Assembly: GCA_040776905.1 (NCBI GenBank)
Contig: JAXGZQ010000001.1
Span: 795,280 to 859,279 of the forward strand
Source: Clostridia bacterium
GTDB taxonomy: Bacteria; Bacillota; Clostridia; Saccharofermentanales; UBA5734
Direction: 5' to 3'
DNA: 64,000 bases
Shown: positions 9,136 to 19,240 of the stretch, piece after piece
How the letters are laid out: each line of letters starts with the position of its first letter
Position numbering within the stretch: position 1 is the first letter of the stretch
Translations under genes and position numbers: made by a program
Notes under the pieces: generated by a model
The model's database searches: none
What the model was told of the DNA's origin: nothing
The model's input: only the letters and a program-made list of their open reading frames with translations

Positions 9136-10195
9136 ATGTTAATCAGCATCGGACTCATCCTGATCATCGGATTCGGACTCTACGGGGTCTTCGTAAAACT
9201 GCGGCTTCCCGGTCTGCTCGGTCTGCTGCTGGCCGGTATTCTGCTCGGACCACATGCGTTTGATCTGATCGATCCGTCGCTTCTGGCGATTTCTGCCGAT
9301 TTACGTGAAATCGCGTTGATTGTGATCCTGGTGCGAGCCGGACTATCGCTCGACCTGAAAGATCTGCGCAAGGTTGGCCGCTGTCTCGTCTGCGGTCATC
9401 GTCCCGGCCATGCTCAAACTGATGCAGCAGGGATATGGACAGAAAAAGCGCGTTCCGCAATTAGTCATGGCCGGTGCGACAGCCGACGACATCTATGCAC
9501 TCGTACTTTTCTCATCCTCTCTGGCGCTGCTTCAAGGCGGAAGTTTTCAATTGCTCACGCTGCTGAATATCCCGCTGGCTGCCCTGACTGGAATCATTGG
9601 CGGATTGGCCACAGCGTTCATGCTTCATCAGGTTTTTCTCCGTCTGCACATGCGGGATACAGTGAAGGTTCTGCTCATACTGGCTGCGGCCTTCCTGCTG
9701 GTTGGAACTGAATCACTGGCTGCCCGCTTTTTTCCGTTTTCCGGATTGCTGGCGGTCATGGCGCTGGGCATCACATTTCTCAGACTGCGCGGTGAAGTCG
9801 CCAGAAGAATCAGCGGCAAGTTCTCCAAAATATGGGTCGCGGCAGAACTTATTTTATTCGTTCTTCTCGGAGCGGCGGTCGATGTCCGCTATCTGCTGAG
9901 CGCAGGACTTGCAGCGGCCGCAGTGATCGCGGGAGCTTTGCTCATTCGCTCGCTGGGAACCATCGTCAGCCTGAGTGGTACCAATCTCAACAACAAGGAA
10001 AAACTCTTCTGCAATATTGCCTACCTACCGAAAGCCACGGTTCAGGCCGCCGTCGGCGCGATTCCTCTCACGCTCGGACTTCCGGGTGGACAACTCATTC
10101 TCAGCATCGCGGTCCTGTCCATTCTGCTGACAGCCCCGCTCGGGGCAATCGCGATTGAGAAAACCAGTGCCTGGCTGCTGACGGGGGATCGATGA
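9136..10195 (+). pseudogene. cation:proton antiporter (Na_H exchanger family) disrupted by a frame break near 9370-9385
   Basis: The N-terminal 80 aa (to ...LKDLRKVGR) are in frame 1. The rest (AAVSSAVIVPAMLKLMQQGYG...) continues in frame 2 from about 9374. After the break, frame 1 reads as nonsense. Confidence 0.7.
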
Positions 10196-10228
10196 TGAAG
10201 CGCATGAACATGATTTATCAGTCCACCT

Positions 10229-10258
10229 CTGACATATCATCGCTATTTGCGGTAGAAT
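10229..10258 (+). promoter_or_regulatory. candidate sigma-A promoter for the ArsC/Spx-family gene
   Basis: CTGACA, an 18-nt spacer, then TAGAAT. It is followed by an imperfect leader hairpin at 10288-10320. Confidence 0.3.
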
Positions 10259-10338
10259 AGACATGAATACCACATGCCTGATCTGCGCTGAACGGACCCG
10301 ATATCGCTCGGTTCCGTCAGCAGAAAGCGAATGATTGT

Positions 10339-10689
10339 ATGCTGCTGATCTGTTATCCAAAATGTTCAACCTGCCGAAAGGCGGAAGAATGGCTGAAGCA
10401 CCACCAGATTGACTATCGGTATCGCGATATCAAAGCGAATCCTCCGTCTGTCGCTGAACTGACTGAATGGCACCAGGCCAGCGGCCTGCCGCTGAAGCGC
10501 TTCTGGAACACCAGCGGGATGCAGTACCGGGCTTTGAACTTGAAAAGCCGTCTCATTGAGATGAATGAAGCTCAGCAGCTGGCATTGATGTCGACTGACG
10601 GCATGCTGATCCGGCGTCCGATTCTCGTCGGCAATGGATCTGTCCTGGTCGGTTTCCGCGAAAACGAATGGTTTGAGCATTTGCGATAA
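10339..10689 (+). CDS. ArsC/Spx/MgsR-family thioredoxin-fold protein
   Basis: 116 aa. The N-terminal YPKCSTCRKA motif and overall length are typical of the ArsC_like/YffB family. Confidence 0.75.
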   Translation: MLLICYPKCSTCRKAEEWLKHHQIDYRYRDIKANPPSVAELTEWHQASGLPLKRFWNTSGMQYRALNLKSRLIEMNEAQQLALMSTDGMLIRRPILVGNGSVLVGFRENEWFEHLR

Positions 10690-10713
10690 GCACTCACGAA
10701 AGGAGTTTGACTG

Positions 10714-11547
10714 ATGATACAGATTGCCGCACCGTTGTTTATTCTTCGCCATGACTGCCGGGAGGATCTGTTTTCCGTTCTGGAAAGACTGCATGACCTC
10801 GGCTTTGACGGTGTTGAGTTTCTTGGTTTTTTTGGTCACGAGCCCGCGGCCATCCGTGACCATCTCCGCTCTCTTTCACTGACCGCGTTGGGAAACCACG
10901 TCCCCTTTGATCTTTTTTCAAGCCAGACCGATTCCGTCATCCGCGACCATCTGATACTCGGCTGCCGCTATGTCACCGTCAGTGGTCCTCCGAAAGAGTG
11001 GATCGGGCAGCCGGAAAAACTGGAGCAGTATATCCGGGAAATTACGCGGATCGGACGTGAATGCCGACAGCAGGGGCTGCGGCTCCTGTACCATAATCAC
11101 GCGGATGAATTGTACCATCACCAGGACAGCATGAACCTGCTCGATTTCATTTTGGCCCGAACACCCTCAGACAGCATGGCGTTCGAACCGGATCTCGGAT
11201 GGCTCGGTATTGCCGGAGAGAATCCGGAGAAATGGCTTGATCAGTATCAGGACCGCTGCCCGGTCATCCACCTTAAGGATTACTATGCCCGTGACCCGCA
11301 TCGCATCGGTGACATCAGCCGGCTCGGTGACAATCGCGGCGGCTCGGAGAACAGTTTCTTTGAATTTCGGCCGACGGGATATGGCGTTGTCAACACGCCG
11401 GCATTGATGCGCAAAATCATCAACTGCCAGCCGGACTGGCTGGTCGCCGACCATGATCTGGCTTATGAGCGCGACCCCTATCAGGATCTGCGGCTCAGTC
11501 TGAATTATATGCGCGATCTGCTGTCAGTGCATGTCGTGCGCAGTTGA
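10714..11547 (+). CDS. sugar phosphate isomerase/epimerase (xylose-isomerase-like TIM barrel)
   Basis: 277 aa. The LGFDGVEF...H.H...E.D.GW pattern is typical of the AP_endonuc_2 TIM-barrel family. The 3' end overlaps the convergent gene by 24 nt. Confidence 0.65.
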   Translation: MIQIAAPLFILRHDCREDLFSVLERLHDLGFDGVEFLGFFGHEPAAIRDHLRSLSLTALGNHVPFDLFSSQTDSVIRDHLILGCRYVTVSGPPKEWIGQPEKLEQYIREITRIGRECRQQGLRLLYHNHADELYHHQDSMNLLDFILARTPSDSMAFEPDLGWLGIAGENPEKWLDQYQDRCPVIHLKDYYARDPHRIGDISRLGDNRGGSENSFFEFRPTGYGVVNTPALMRKIINCQPDWLVADHDLAYERDPYQDLRLSLNYMRDLLSVHVVRS

Positions 11548-12513
11548 TGTTCTGCGGTCCTGCGCGTCCGCGATTGTCTGATCAAGCAGCTGTCCGTCCC
11601 GGATGATCGTCGCCCGGCTGAGGACCTTGTTCTGGTCAGCCTTCTCTTCTGCCAGAAGATCAAGATAACGTGTCAGTTCCTTGCCGAATGCCCGGGTCGC
11701 TGCGTGAGCGACCAGTGACGGGGTGTGGTCAACCACATAATGAAGAATCCCATCAACCAGATAAACCGGGTCATCGATGGTGGTGGGCCTGCTCGTTTCT
11801 ACCGCTCCTGCTTCATCACAGCTGACATCAATAATCATGGCACCCTGTTTCATGTCGCGCAGATCCTCCCGGTAGATAATGTGGTCCCGCCGCCGTGTAT
11901 CCCACAGGACACAGTTGACGATCACATCATACTGGCTGATATCCTGTCGCAGCAGAGCTTCCATTTTTCTGTTATAGACGACGACATCAGCACCCAGACC
12001 GGCCAGAATCCGATAGGCTCCGTGCGATGTATTCCCCCGGCCAAGCAAGGCAACCCGGCATTCGTAGGGCAGCCGTCCGAACAGCGTGAACGCGTGCATG
12101 ACAGCGGCTTCTCCCGCCAGCTCATTGTTTCGCCAGAAAATGTTCCGTCCATTCTGGAACATGTCCTCCCAGGTGATGACCGTCAGTGATTGCCTGATGA
12201 GTTGATCAGTCAGGGCCTTATTTTGAAGTGCGTGGACATAGCCGAACATGGTTTGTCCCTCATGCAGCTGATCGAGATAGTCCGCGTCACCGATTTTGAC
12301 ATCACTGACAATATCACAGCGGAGAATTTCGCCGGTTGGGGCGATATGAACACCGTGCCGCAGATAGGCTTCATCGGAAAATCCCAGAGCCTGACCATAG
12401 CCGGTTTCAAAATACAACTGGTTGCGATGATGAACCTGAGGCAGCTGGTCGGGCAGTATTGCCCGGCGCCGTTCATTTTCCTTGCGGCTTTTCATGAATC
12501 CGATGGTCTTCAT
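11524..12513 (-). CDS. alanine dehydrogenase/PNT-family oxidoreductase, N5-(carboxyethyl)ornithine-synthase-like
   Basis: 329 aa. The N-terminus reads MKTIGFMKSRKENERRRAILP and there is a Rossmann GRGNTSHGA motif. The family call is from memory of CEOS-like proteins. Confidence 0.5.
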   Translation of the reverse strand: MKTIGFMKSRKENERRRAILPDQLPQVHHRNQLYFETGYGQALGFSDEAYLRHGVHIAPTGEILRCDIVSDVKIGDADYLDQLHEGQTMFGYVHALQNKALTDQLIRQSLTVITWEDMFQNGRNIFWRNNELAGEAAVMHAFTLFGRLPYECRVALLGRGNTSHGAYRILAGLGADVVVYNRKMEALLRQDISQYDVIVNCVLWDTRRRDHIIYREDLRDMKQGAMIIDVSCDEAGAVETSRPTTIDDPVYLVDGILHYVVDHTPSLVAHAATRAFGKELTRYLDLLAEEKADQNKVLSRATIIRDGQLLDQTIADAQDRRTSTAHDMH

Positions 12514-12727
12514 TGACTGACCTCCTGGTCTTGCGATCGCTGTAAATCAGGATCTGGCGGGTCGGCTGTTCCCTTATCAGTATACGCTACTGGCCCGGAT
12601 CAGCAAAAAAACGGCCCGTGCAGCGGTATCTCTCGAAATAATTTCATCAAGCCGTCGCGGCGTGATGTCATAATTTTGTCACGACTGTCCGATACAATTA
12701 AGTAGGATTAAGCCAGGAGGAAAGTGG

Positions 12728-13435
12728 ATGATGAACAGACAGGACGCATCAACGGACCAGCCGTCAGCATCGCCCGTGCCGGATATTCTGCAGGTAGATC
12801 AGGCAATCCAGGCGTTCCAAGCCGCGGAACATGTCTATTCCGCCGCGATCCGTGAAGTTCAGACTAAGTTGGAAATTCTCAGCGATGAATTCTCGCTCAG
12901 TGCGGATCACAACCCGATTCACCATATCGTCACACGCGTCAAGGCTCCGACGAGTATTGCCGCCAAACTGCAGCGTCGTGGCTTTGATCTCAGTGTCAGA
13001 TCCGCACGGCGGCATCTCAGCGACATCGCCGGAGTCAGAGTCATCTGCCAGTATATTGACGATATCTACATGATCGCTGATCTTCTGCTTGCCCAGGATG
13101 ATATCCACCTGATCCGACAGACTGATTACATCAAACGGCCGAAGCCCAACGGTTATCGCAGCCTGCATCTGATCATCTCAGTCCCCGTATATCTCGCCCG
13201 ACGTAAAGAGCAGGTCAAGGTTGAGATTCAGATCCGGACGATCGCCATGGATTTCTGGGCTTCTTTGCAGCACGATCTGGCCTACAAGCTTCCGAACGAA
13301 GTCTCAACCAATATTTTCGCTGAACTGCGCGATTGTGCCGATGTCATCGCGGACACAGACCGCAGAATGCAAAAGCTGAACAATCTGATCGCCAGTCAGA
13401 CCCAGGCAGCCTGTCCGAGAGATGAGTTTTCTTAG
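12728..13435 (+). CDS. small alarmone synthetase (RelA/SpoT-domain GTP pyrophosphokinase, RelQ/RelP type)
   Basis: Motifs seen: RVKAPTSIAAKL, DIAGVRVIC, KPNGYRSLHL, EIQIRTIAMDFWA. A GGAGG sits 7 nt upstream of the ATG. Confidence 0.85.
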   Translation: MMNRQDASTDQPSASPVPDILQVDQAIQAFQAAEHVYSAAIREVQTKLEILSDEFSLSADHNPIHHIVTRVKAPTSIAAKLQRRGFDLSVRSARRHLSDIAGVRVICQYIDDIYMIADLLLAQDDIHLIRQTDYIKRPKPNGYRSLHLIISVPVYLARRKEQVKVEIQIRTIAMDFWASLQHDLAYKLPNEVSTNIFAELRDCADVIADTDRRMQKLNNLIASQTQAACPRDEFS

Positions 13436-13517
13436 GAACATTGCCTGGCTTGACCCGTTAATGATAGACTGAATCTGTTCAGTCCGCACAGACATTCTTC
13501 GAACTGAAAGGGGCGTT

Positions 13518-15011
13518 ATGAAAGTACTGCTGGTTGAGGATGAAGAATATACGCGCAATGGTATTGTCCGTTCCATACCATGGTCAGAGCTTGGCATCGA
13601 TGAAGTCGTCACTGCTGAAGACGGACAGGAAGGGCTGTCTCGCGCTCTGGCCGAACAGCCCCAGATCATCATTACCGATATGCGCATGCCGCGAATGAAC
13701 GGTCATGAGATGGCAAGCATAATTCGTGAGTGCCTCTCAGACTGTTCATTTATCTTTATCAGCGGGTTTACGGATGTTTCATATTTCAAAAGTGCTATTT
13801 CATTATCAGCGGTTGATTACATCACTAAGCCGATCGATATTGAGGAACTTGTGACGGTTCTGACCAGTGCGATCGCCATACAAAATGAAAAGGCCCGAGA
13901 CAATCGAAAAAATGAACGCAACGCAGTGCTGATCCTGACGCAGCCAGATGCGGATCTGACCCTGCTTGATGCGCGATACACGATCGATCCAACGTTGCTT
14001 TCAGTTGTTGTCTGTGTTGCCACAACGGCATCAGATGCCGTTGAATCCGCGATCAGAACCACCGCTGCCCGGTTCCCCTTCAAACTGCTGCTGGCACACT
14101 GGAATCAAAACTACCGGTTGATCATTTCCTGCCCTTCACCGGAAATCGATCAGCTGAAACAGTTCATGAATCAGCTGTCCGAAACCTGCGGTCCAGCCGG
14201 ACCGGCTGTGGTCTCCTGCAGCAGTTGGCGCCAATCAAAACATGAACTTGCCACAGCCTTCACTGAGGCTCAGTTGGCACTGCAGCGCAGTTTTTATCAC
14301 CAGAAACAGCGAGTATTTCTTTACACGGACGCCGCTTCCAGCCTGGAAGTCGAGTATGATCCTGTACCCGAGTTTCGCCGCTATCTGTCACGTTTCGGTC
14401 CGGAGAAAACAATCAGCTGGCTGACTGAACAGTATGATCATATACGGCAGCATGACGGCACCCCGGTTGAAATTGTTCAGAACTGGATTTTCCGGATGCT
14501 GGTTGATTTTGACCTGTTCAGACAGCAGAACCGATCTGATCACAGCCGTCAATCACTGGACAAGACGGCTTTATGGTCTCAGATCAAAGCACGGACGCAG
14601 ATCGCGTCACTTTTTGATTTATTGGTCTGCCAGCTGACAGAAATTGAGGAGACGAACTGTGAAAACACTGTGCTGGACAGTGAGCAGAAGATCGTCATGG
14701 AAGCCCAGAAATTCATCCACAATCATTTTACCGAATCCTCACTGGCCTTGAACCACATCGCAGAACATGTCAATATTTCGACATCTTATCTTTGCAGCCT
14801 CTACAAATCCGTCACCGGACAGACCGTCAAACAATACCTGACGCACTGCCGCATCCAGAAAGCCAGGCGAATGCTCGAAACCACCCGGCTGCACAATCAC
14901 GAAATCTCCCAACAGGCAGGATATTCGGACAGCAACTACTTTGTTAAATCCTTCCGCAAGCACATAGGACTGACGCCCCAGGAATATCGCAGGGAACATT
15001 CAACTCTATGA
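13518..15011 (+). CDS. response regulator with AraC-type HTH output (YesN-like)
   Basis: N-terminal REC domain (MKVLLVEDEE...ITDMRMPRMNG) and a C-terminal AraC HTH (...YSDSNYFVKSFRKHIGLTPQEYR). Confidence 0.85.
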   Translation: MKVLLVEDEEYTRNGIVRSIPWSELGIDEVVTAEDGQEGLSRALAEQPQIIITDMRMPRMNGHEMASIIRECLSDCSFIFISGFTDVSYFKSAISLSAVDYITKPIDIEELVTVLTSAIAIQNEKARDNRKNERNAVLILTQPDADLTLLDARYTIDPTLLSVVVCVATTASDAVESAIRTTAARFPFKLLLAHWNQNYRLIISCPSPEIDQLKQFMNQLSETCGPAGPAVVSCSSWRQSKHELATAFTEAQLALQRSFYHQKQRVFLYTDAASSLEVEYDPVPEFRRYLSRFGPEKTISWLTEQYDHIRQHDGTPVEIVQNWIFRMLVDFDLFRQQNRSDHSRQSLDKTALWSQIKARTQIASLFDLLVCQLTEIEETNCENTVLDSEQKIVMEAQKFIHNHFTESSLALNHIAEHVNISTSYLCSLYKSVTGQTVKQYLTHCRIQKARRMLETTRLHNHEISQQAGYSDSNYFVKSFRKHIGLTPQEYRREHSTL

Positions 15012-16819
15012 GCATGATAAAAAAAGTCCGGCAGAAACTGAAACGTCGTATCGAGCGCATGCCACTACTGCGTAAGTTCATCATCCTGTTCATCATTGCC
15101 TGTATGATTCCCACCATTTTCTCGACGCTTTTTCTTTACAGCTATCTGCGCAACAACACAAAGAACTCCCAGCTCGAGCTCGCCCGGCACAGCCATGAGC
15201 AGATCGCCTCGTTCCTGGATTACAGACTGAAGCAGATTTACCAGTCAAGCCAGAATATCAGTCTGGACCAGACAATTAATCATATCCTGAAAAAGGAATA
15301 TACTGCGGGAACTAATGAGTTTGTCCAATTGAATGATCTGAACACATTGCGGGAAACGATCGAAAAATACCATGACGCCAACGCAACCGATGATTCTATC
15401 CGGCTCTATGTGCCGGACGGCCGTATTTATTCCAATGAGAACAATCTTCTGTTCAATCTGGCAAGCGCACAGGACACCGCGTGGTATCATCGTTCTTTCG
15501 CTGGCTGGGGCTGGACAACAGACTGCCCGCCTGAACTCATGGACACGGACGGTGTCATCGCCATCGTCAAACCGATCCGTGATCTTGAACTGTACAATCA
15601 TATGATCGGAGCCATTCGGACCGATTTATCTCTGGCGTCTGTACAGGAACAGCTGAACAGGTCCAATATATCAGTCAACAGCCTGAGTTATCTGATGTCC
15701 AGTGACGAACTTTTGATCGCGTCTTCTGACACCCGGCTGAATCATCTGATTCAACCGATCCAGACCGGTCTGGACGGACCGACAACCAACGGTGAGTTCA
15801 TTAAGGTTAAATCCTCTTCGGAGGATATCTGGGTTTTATCCAGCCAGATTGACAAATCGGACTGGACATTGGTGACTGCCATCCCTGCCAATGAGCTGTA
15901 CACAACGCTGTTCAGTGCCCAGAGTCAATTTATGCTGACGATTCTTCTTGTTTTCATCATCGTGGTTCTGCTCACGCTTCCGGCGATCAATTCAATTACC
16001 AACCGGGTCAGTCTGTTGATCAAACAGATGCAGGAAGTCCAAAGAGGAAATGTCCGGGCACATCTCACGGTCCATGGCGAAGATGAAATCGGGGTGCTGG
16101 TCACGAATTTCAATGATATGCTGGATCGAATTGAAGATCTGATGTCTCAACGCTATGTCATGGGACAAGAACTGAAATCTGCCGAGCTGAAGGCACTTCA
16201 ATCACAGGTGAACCCCCATTTTCTTTACAACACACTGGAAATGATCAGTTGGTTATCGGAAGAAAATCAACCGGAAAAAGTAAAATCTGTGGTCCAGGCC
16301 ATGGCCAGGTTTTATCGGCTCAGCCTCAATCGAGGAGATGATACCAATACGATTTTCAATGAAATCGAACTGGTCAGGCATTATGTTCTGATACAGAATA
16401 TGCGGTTCAAAGATAAAATCCAACTGATCATCAGCATGCAAAACATTGATCAGTATATCTTACCGAAAATTACCCTGCAGCCGATTGTGGAGAACGCGAT
16501 CAATCACGGGATTCTGGAGAATCCGGATAAAAGCGGAACGATCAGAATGACAGGATTCATTGATGATGATCGCCAGATCCACATCACGATTTCCGATGAT
16601 GGGCAGGGTATTGATGAACATCAACTGAACCTGATGTCAACCGGCCAGGCAGTATCTTCAGATGGCAGCGGGTTCGGCTTCAACAGTATCGGTGAACGGC
16701 TTGCCATCTTTTTCGGAGTCGAAAAAGCGGTTAAGATCTACAGCAAAAAAGGTGTCGGTACATCAGTATCCTTGATTTTTCCGGCTGTGGAACAGCAGGA
16801 CAGCCGTTTTTCACATTAA
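15008..16819 (+). CDS. sensor histidine kinase (YesM-like, two TM + HAMP + His_kinase/HATPase)
   Basis: ATGA overlap with the regulator. QVNPHFLYNTLE is the H-box of the LytS/YesM type. The C-terminal ATPase region reads ...DDGQGI...GFGFNSIGERL. Confidence 0.85.
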   Translation: MSMIKKVRQKLKRRIERMPLLRKFIILFIIACMIPTIFSTLFLYSYLRNNTKNSQLELARHSHEQIASFLDYRLKQIYQSSQNISLDQTINHILKKEYTAGTNEFVQLNDLNTLRETIEKYHDANATDDSIRLYVPDGRIYSNENNLLFNLASAQDTAWYHRSFAGWGWTTDCPPELMDTDGVIAIVKPIRDLELYNHMIGAIRTDLSLASVQEQLNRSNISVNSLSYLMSSDELLIASSDTRLNHLIQPIQTGLDGPTTNGEFIKVKSSSEDIWVLSSQIDKSDWTLVTAIPANELYTTLFSAQSQFMLTILLVFIIVVLLTLPAINSITNRVSLLIKQMQEVQRGNVRAHLTVHGEDEIGVLVTNFNDMLDRIEDLMSQRYVMGQELKSAELKALQSQVNPHFLYNTLEMISWLSEENQPEKVKSVVQAMARFYRLSLNRGDDTNTIFNEIELVRHYVLIQNMRFKDKIQLIISMQNIDQYILPKITLQPIVENAINHGILENPDKSGTIRMTGFIDDDRQIHITISDDGQGIDEHQLNLMSTGQAVSSDGSGFGFNSIGERLAIFFGVEKAVKIYSKKGVGTSVSLIFPAVEQQDSRFSH

Positions 16820-16833
16820 GCGAAAAACGGCTG
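16801..16833. terminator. bidirectional hairpin between convergent kinase and GH2 genes
   Basis: CAGCCGTTTTTC-acattaagc-GAAAAACGGCTG, a 12-bp perfect stem that spans the kinase stop codon. Confidence 0.55.
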
Positions 16834-16876
16834 ATCACATGATGCCTGATGTTGCTCCTGATGTCTTTGCTGATAA

Positions 16877-19240
16877 TCAGGGCTTGATTTCCAGATAGCC
16901 AGAAGTCAAATGATCACCGGTCAGGTGAATCACAACCGGCTGACCAGGATCGGTGATCCTGATCACTGCCATGGCCAGACCGGCCATGGTCCGTCGCGTA
17001 GCTGACTGCATCTGTGTTTTATCCTCAGGATTGCCGTTATCAAGACCGATCAGCGTTGCCGGACCTTCGAGACGGACGGTGATCAGTGGATCTGCCGTCG
17101 GAACAACTTGTCCATCAATGTCTGTGATCCTGATATTGATCAGTGCGACACGTGACTGGTCCAGATCCTGAACCGCATCAAGATCAGCCTCAATATTCAC
17201 AGCGTCTCCCGTCGTCTGTATGACGGTGCGGGTCACGATATCACCCTGACGGGTTCGTCCGACCGCCTCCAGGATCCCCACTTCATAAGGGACATCCCAG
17301 CGAAGGTGCAGATCATTGGTTGTCGTCGCGATATGTGGCAAATCAAAATGCCCATATCGCTCGGTCATTCCCTGCATCGGGAACTCATAGGCCTTGACAC
17401 CAAATGATTTGCCGTTAAGAAACAATTCAACAGTGTCACAGTTGGTGTAGCAGATGACCGGGATGACCGCGTCTGGTTTCTCCTGCCAGTTCCAATGAGG
17501 AAATAGATGAAGTACCGGCTGGCGTGTCCATTGACTCTGGTACAGGTAATAGCCGTCCTTCGGGAAATTGCAGGTGTCGATCACTCCGGAGGACGCGTGT
17601 TTACCAGGCCACCGTGCCTCTCCCAGATAATCAATGCCGGTCCACATGAAATCACCACAGATGTAGTCATGGATCATCGTCTGCTTGAGCAGATGCTCGG
17701 CCCGGATCATGCGGCTGTCGTAACGGAAAGACCACCATTTTCCTGGTTTCGGATCGAGTGCATAATCACCACGGATCCCACCAACACTGCTGTGTTCAGT
17801 GCCCAGAAGAATCATTTCAGGGTACTGGTGTCTGACTTCGTCGTAGGCGGTCTCGGCATGTCGGCGCCATCGATTGATATAATTGAATCCTGCGACATCA
17901 AGCAGCTGCAAGAAGTCGGGAAGGGTCCGCAATGTATTCGCATGGACATTGTCACAGGCAGAAGTCACCAGACGACCCGGGTCCTCCCGGTGGCAGATCT
18001 CGATCAGCTGACGCGCCATCTCCAGACCCTCTTTTCTAGCCTGTTCAGGAATCTCATTGCCGATCGACCAGATCACGATACTGGGATGATTACGGTCTCT
18101 GCGCAACATATCCATCAAATCCTGCCGGCTGTTCTGATCAAAGATCTGGCCATAGCCATAATGTGTCGCGTCGCTTTCACTTTTACGCTTGATCACTTTC
18201 CATTCGTCAAACGCTTCATCCATGACATAAAAGCCGAGCCGATCACACAGATCCAGTACTTCCGGTGCCGGAGGATTATGGGACATGCGGATCGCGTTGC
18301 AGCCCATCAGCTTTAAGCGCTCCAGGCGCCGCCGCCAGATGATTTCAGGAACCGCAGCACCAACGGATCCACCATCATGGTGGATACAGACACCATTCAG
18401 TTTTACTTGCCGGCCGTTGATCAGAAAACCCCGGTCACAGTCAAATTCAATCCGACGGATGCCAAAGGATAGACTGACTTCATCAACCGGCTTTTCCTGT
18501 TCGAGGATGGTGATGGTCAATTGATACAGTTCGGGTGTTTCTGCCGACCATAACACCGGATGAGGAATACTGATTGTCTGTGCCGCATGCCGGACGATGG
18601 CCGACTGTGTTTCAGCGACACGATTGCCTGAAGGATCTGAAATGACGTACCGCACGAACAACGGATCATCTGATGATACGTCGAAGTCAACCGCGAGAAC
18701 AGCAGACACATCTGAGATCTCACTCGTTCGTACATAAAGGCTGTCATCGATCACATGCTGCCGGCTGGTCCGGGTCAGCCAGACATGACGGTAGATGCCC
18801 GAACCGGTATACCATCTGGAATTCGGCTGTTCAGAATTATCAACCCGGACAGCCAGTACATTACCGCTTTGAAGCAGCCGACCGGTCAGATCAACGGTCA
18901 ATCCCGTATAGCCATACTCATGGCGCTTGACATGGTCTCCATTCAGCCAGATATCGCATTTCTGGTAGATGCCATCAAAGGTCAGATAGCTAACATCAAA
19001 ATCGGAACCGGAAAACTGCTTGCGATACCAGCCGATTCCAGCTGGAAGATAAGCGCCGTCTCCGCCAGCCGGATGATCGGCATTGAATTGGCCTTCAATA
19101 CTGAAATCATGAGGCAGATCTACCTGACGCCAATGGCTGTCATCAAACATCTGTGCTTTGGCTTCCAGATTGTCTTCCGGCCAGAATTTCCAATTATCAT
19201 CAAAACATGTTCTCGATCTCATGACTTGACCGCCTTTCAT
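16877..19240 (-). CDS. glycoside hydrolase family 2 (beta-galactosidase/beta-glucuronidase type)
   Basis: 787 aa. N-terminal FDDNWKF...W..V.LPHD, sugar-binding and Ig-like regions, and a catalytic region with ...WSIGNE (acid/base NE). Confidence 0.85.
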   Translation of the reverse strand: MKGGQVMRSRTCFDDNWKFWPEDNLEAKAQMFDDSHWRQVDLPHDFSIEGQFNADHPAGGDGAYLPAGIGWYRKQFSGSDFDVSYLTFDGIYQKCDIWLNGDHVKRHEYGYTGLTVDLTGRLLQSGNVLAVRVDNSEQPNSRWYTGSGIYRHVWLTRTSRQHVIDDSLYVRTSEISDVSAVLAVDFDVSSDDPLFVRYVISDPSGNRVAETQSAIVRHAAQTISIPHPVLWSAETPELYQLTITILEQEKPVDEVSLSFGIRRIEFDCDRGFLINGRQVKLNGVCIHHDGGSVGAAVPEIIWRRRLERLKLMGCNAIRMSHNPPAPEVLDLCDRLGFYVMDEAFDEWKVIKRKSESDATHYGYGQIFDQNSRQDLMDMLRRDRNHPSIVIWSIGNEIPEQARKEGLEMARQLIEICHREDPGRLVTSACDNVHANTLRTLPDFLQLLDVAGFNYINRWRRHAETAYDEVRHQYPEMILLGTEHSSVGGIRGDYALDPKPGKWWSFRYDSRMIRAEHLLKQTMIHDYICGDFMWTGIDYLGEARWPGKHASSGVIDTCNFPKDGYYLYQSQWTRQPVLHLFPHWNWQEKPDAVIPVICYTNCDTVELFLNGKSFGVKAYEFPMQGMTERYGHFDLPHIATTTNDLHLRWDVPYEVGILEAVGRTRQGDIVTRTVIQTTGDAVNIEADLDAVQDLDQSRVALINIRITDIDGQVVPTADPLITVRLEGPATLIGLDNGNPEDKTQMQSATRRTMAGLAMAVIRITDPGQPVVIHLTGDHLTSGYLEIKP

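Noticed and set aside
12728-13435. The small alarmone synthetase could be a toxSAS toxin-antitoxin module.
   Set aside because: There is no small adjacent antitoxin ORF. The size and motifs fit housekeeping RelQ/RelP-type enzymes.
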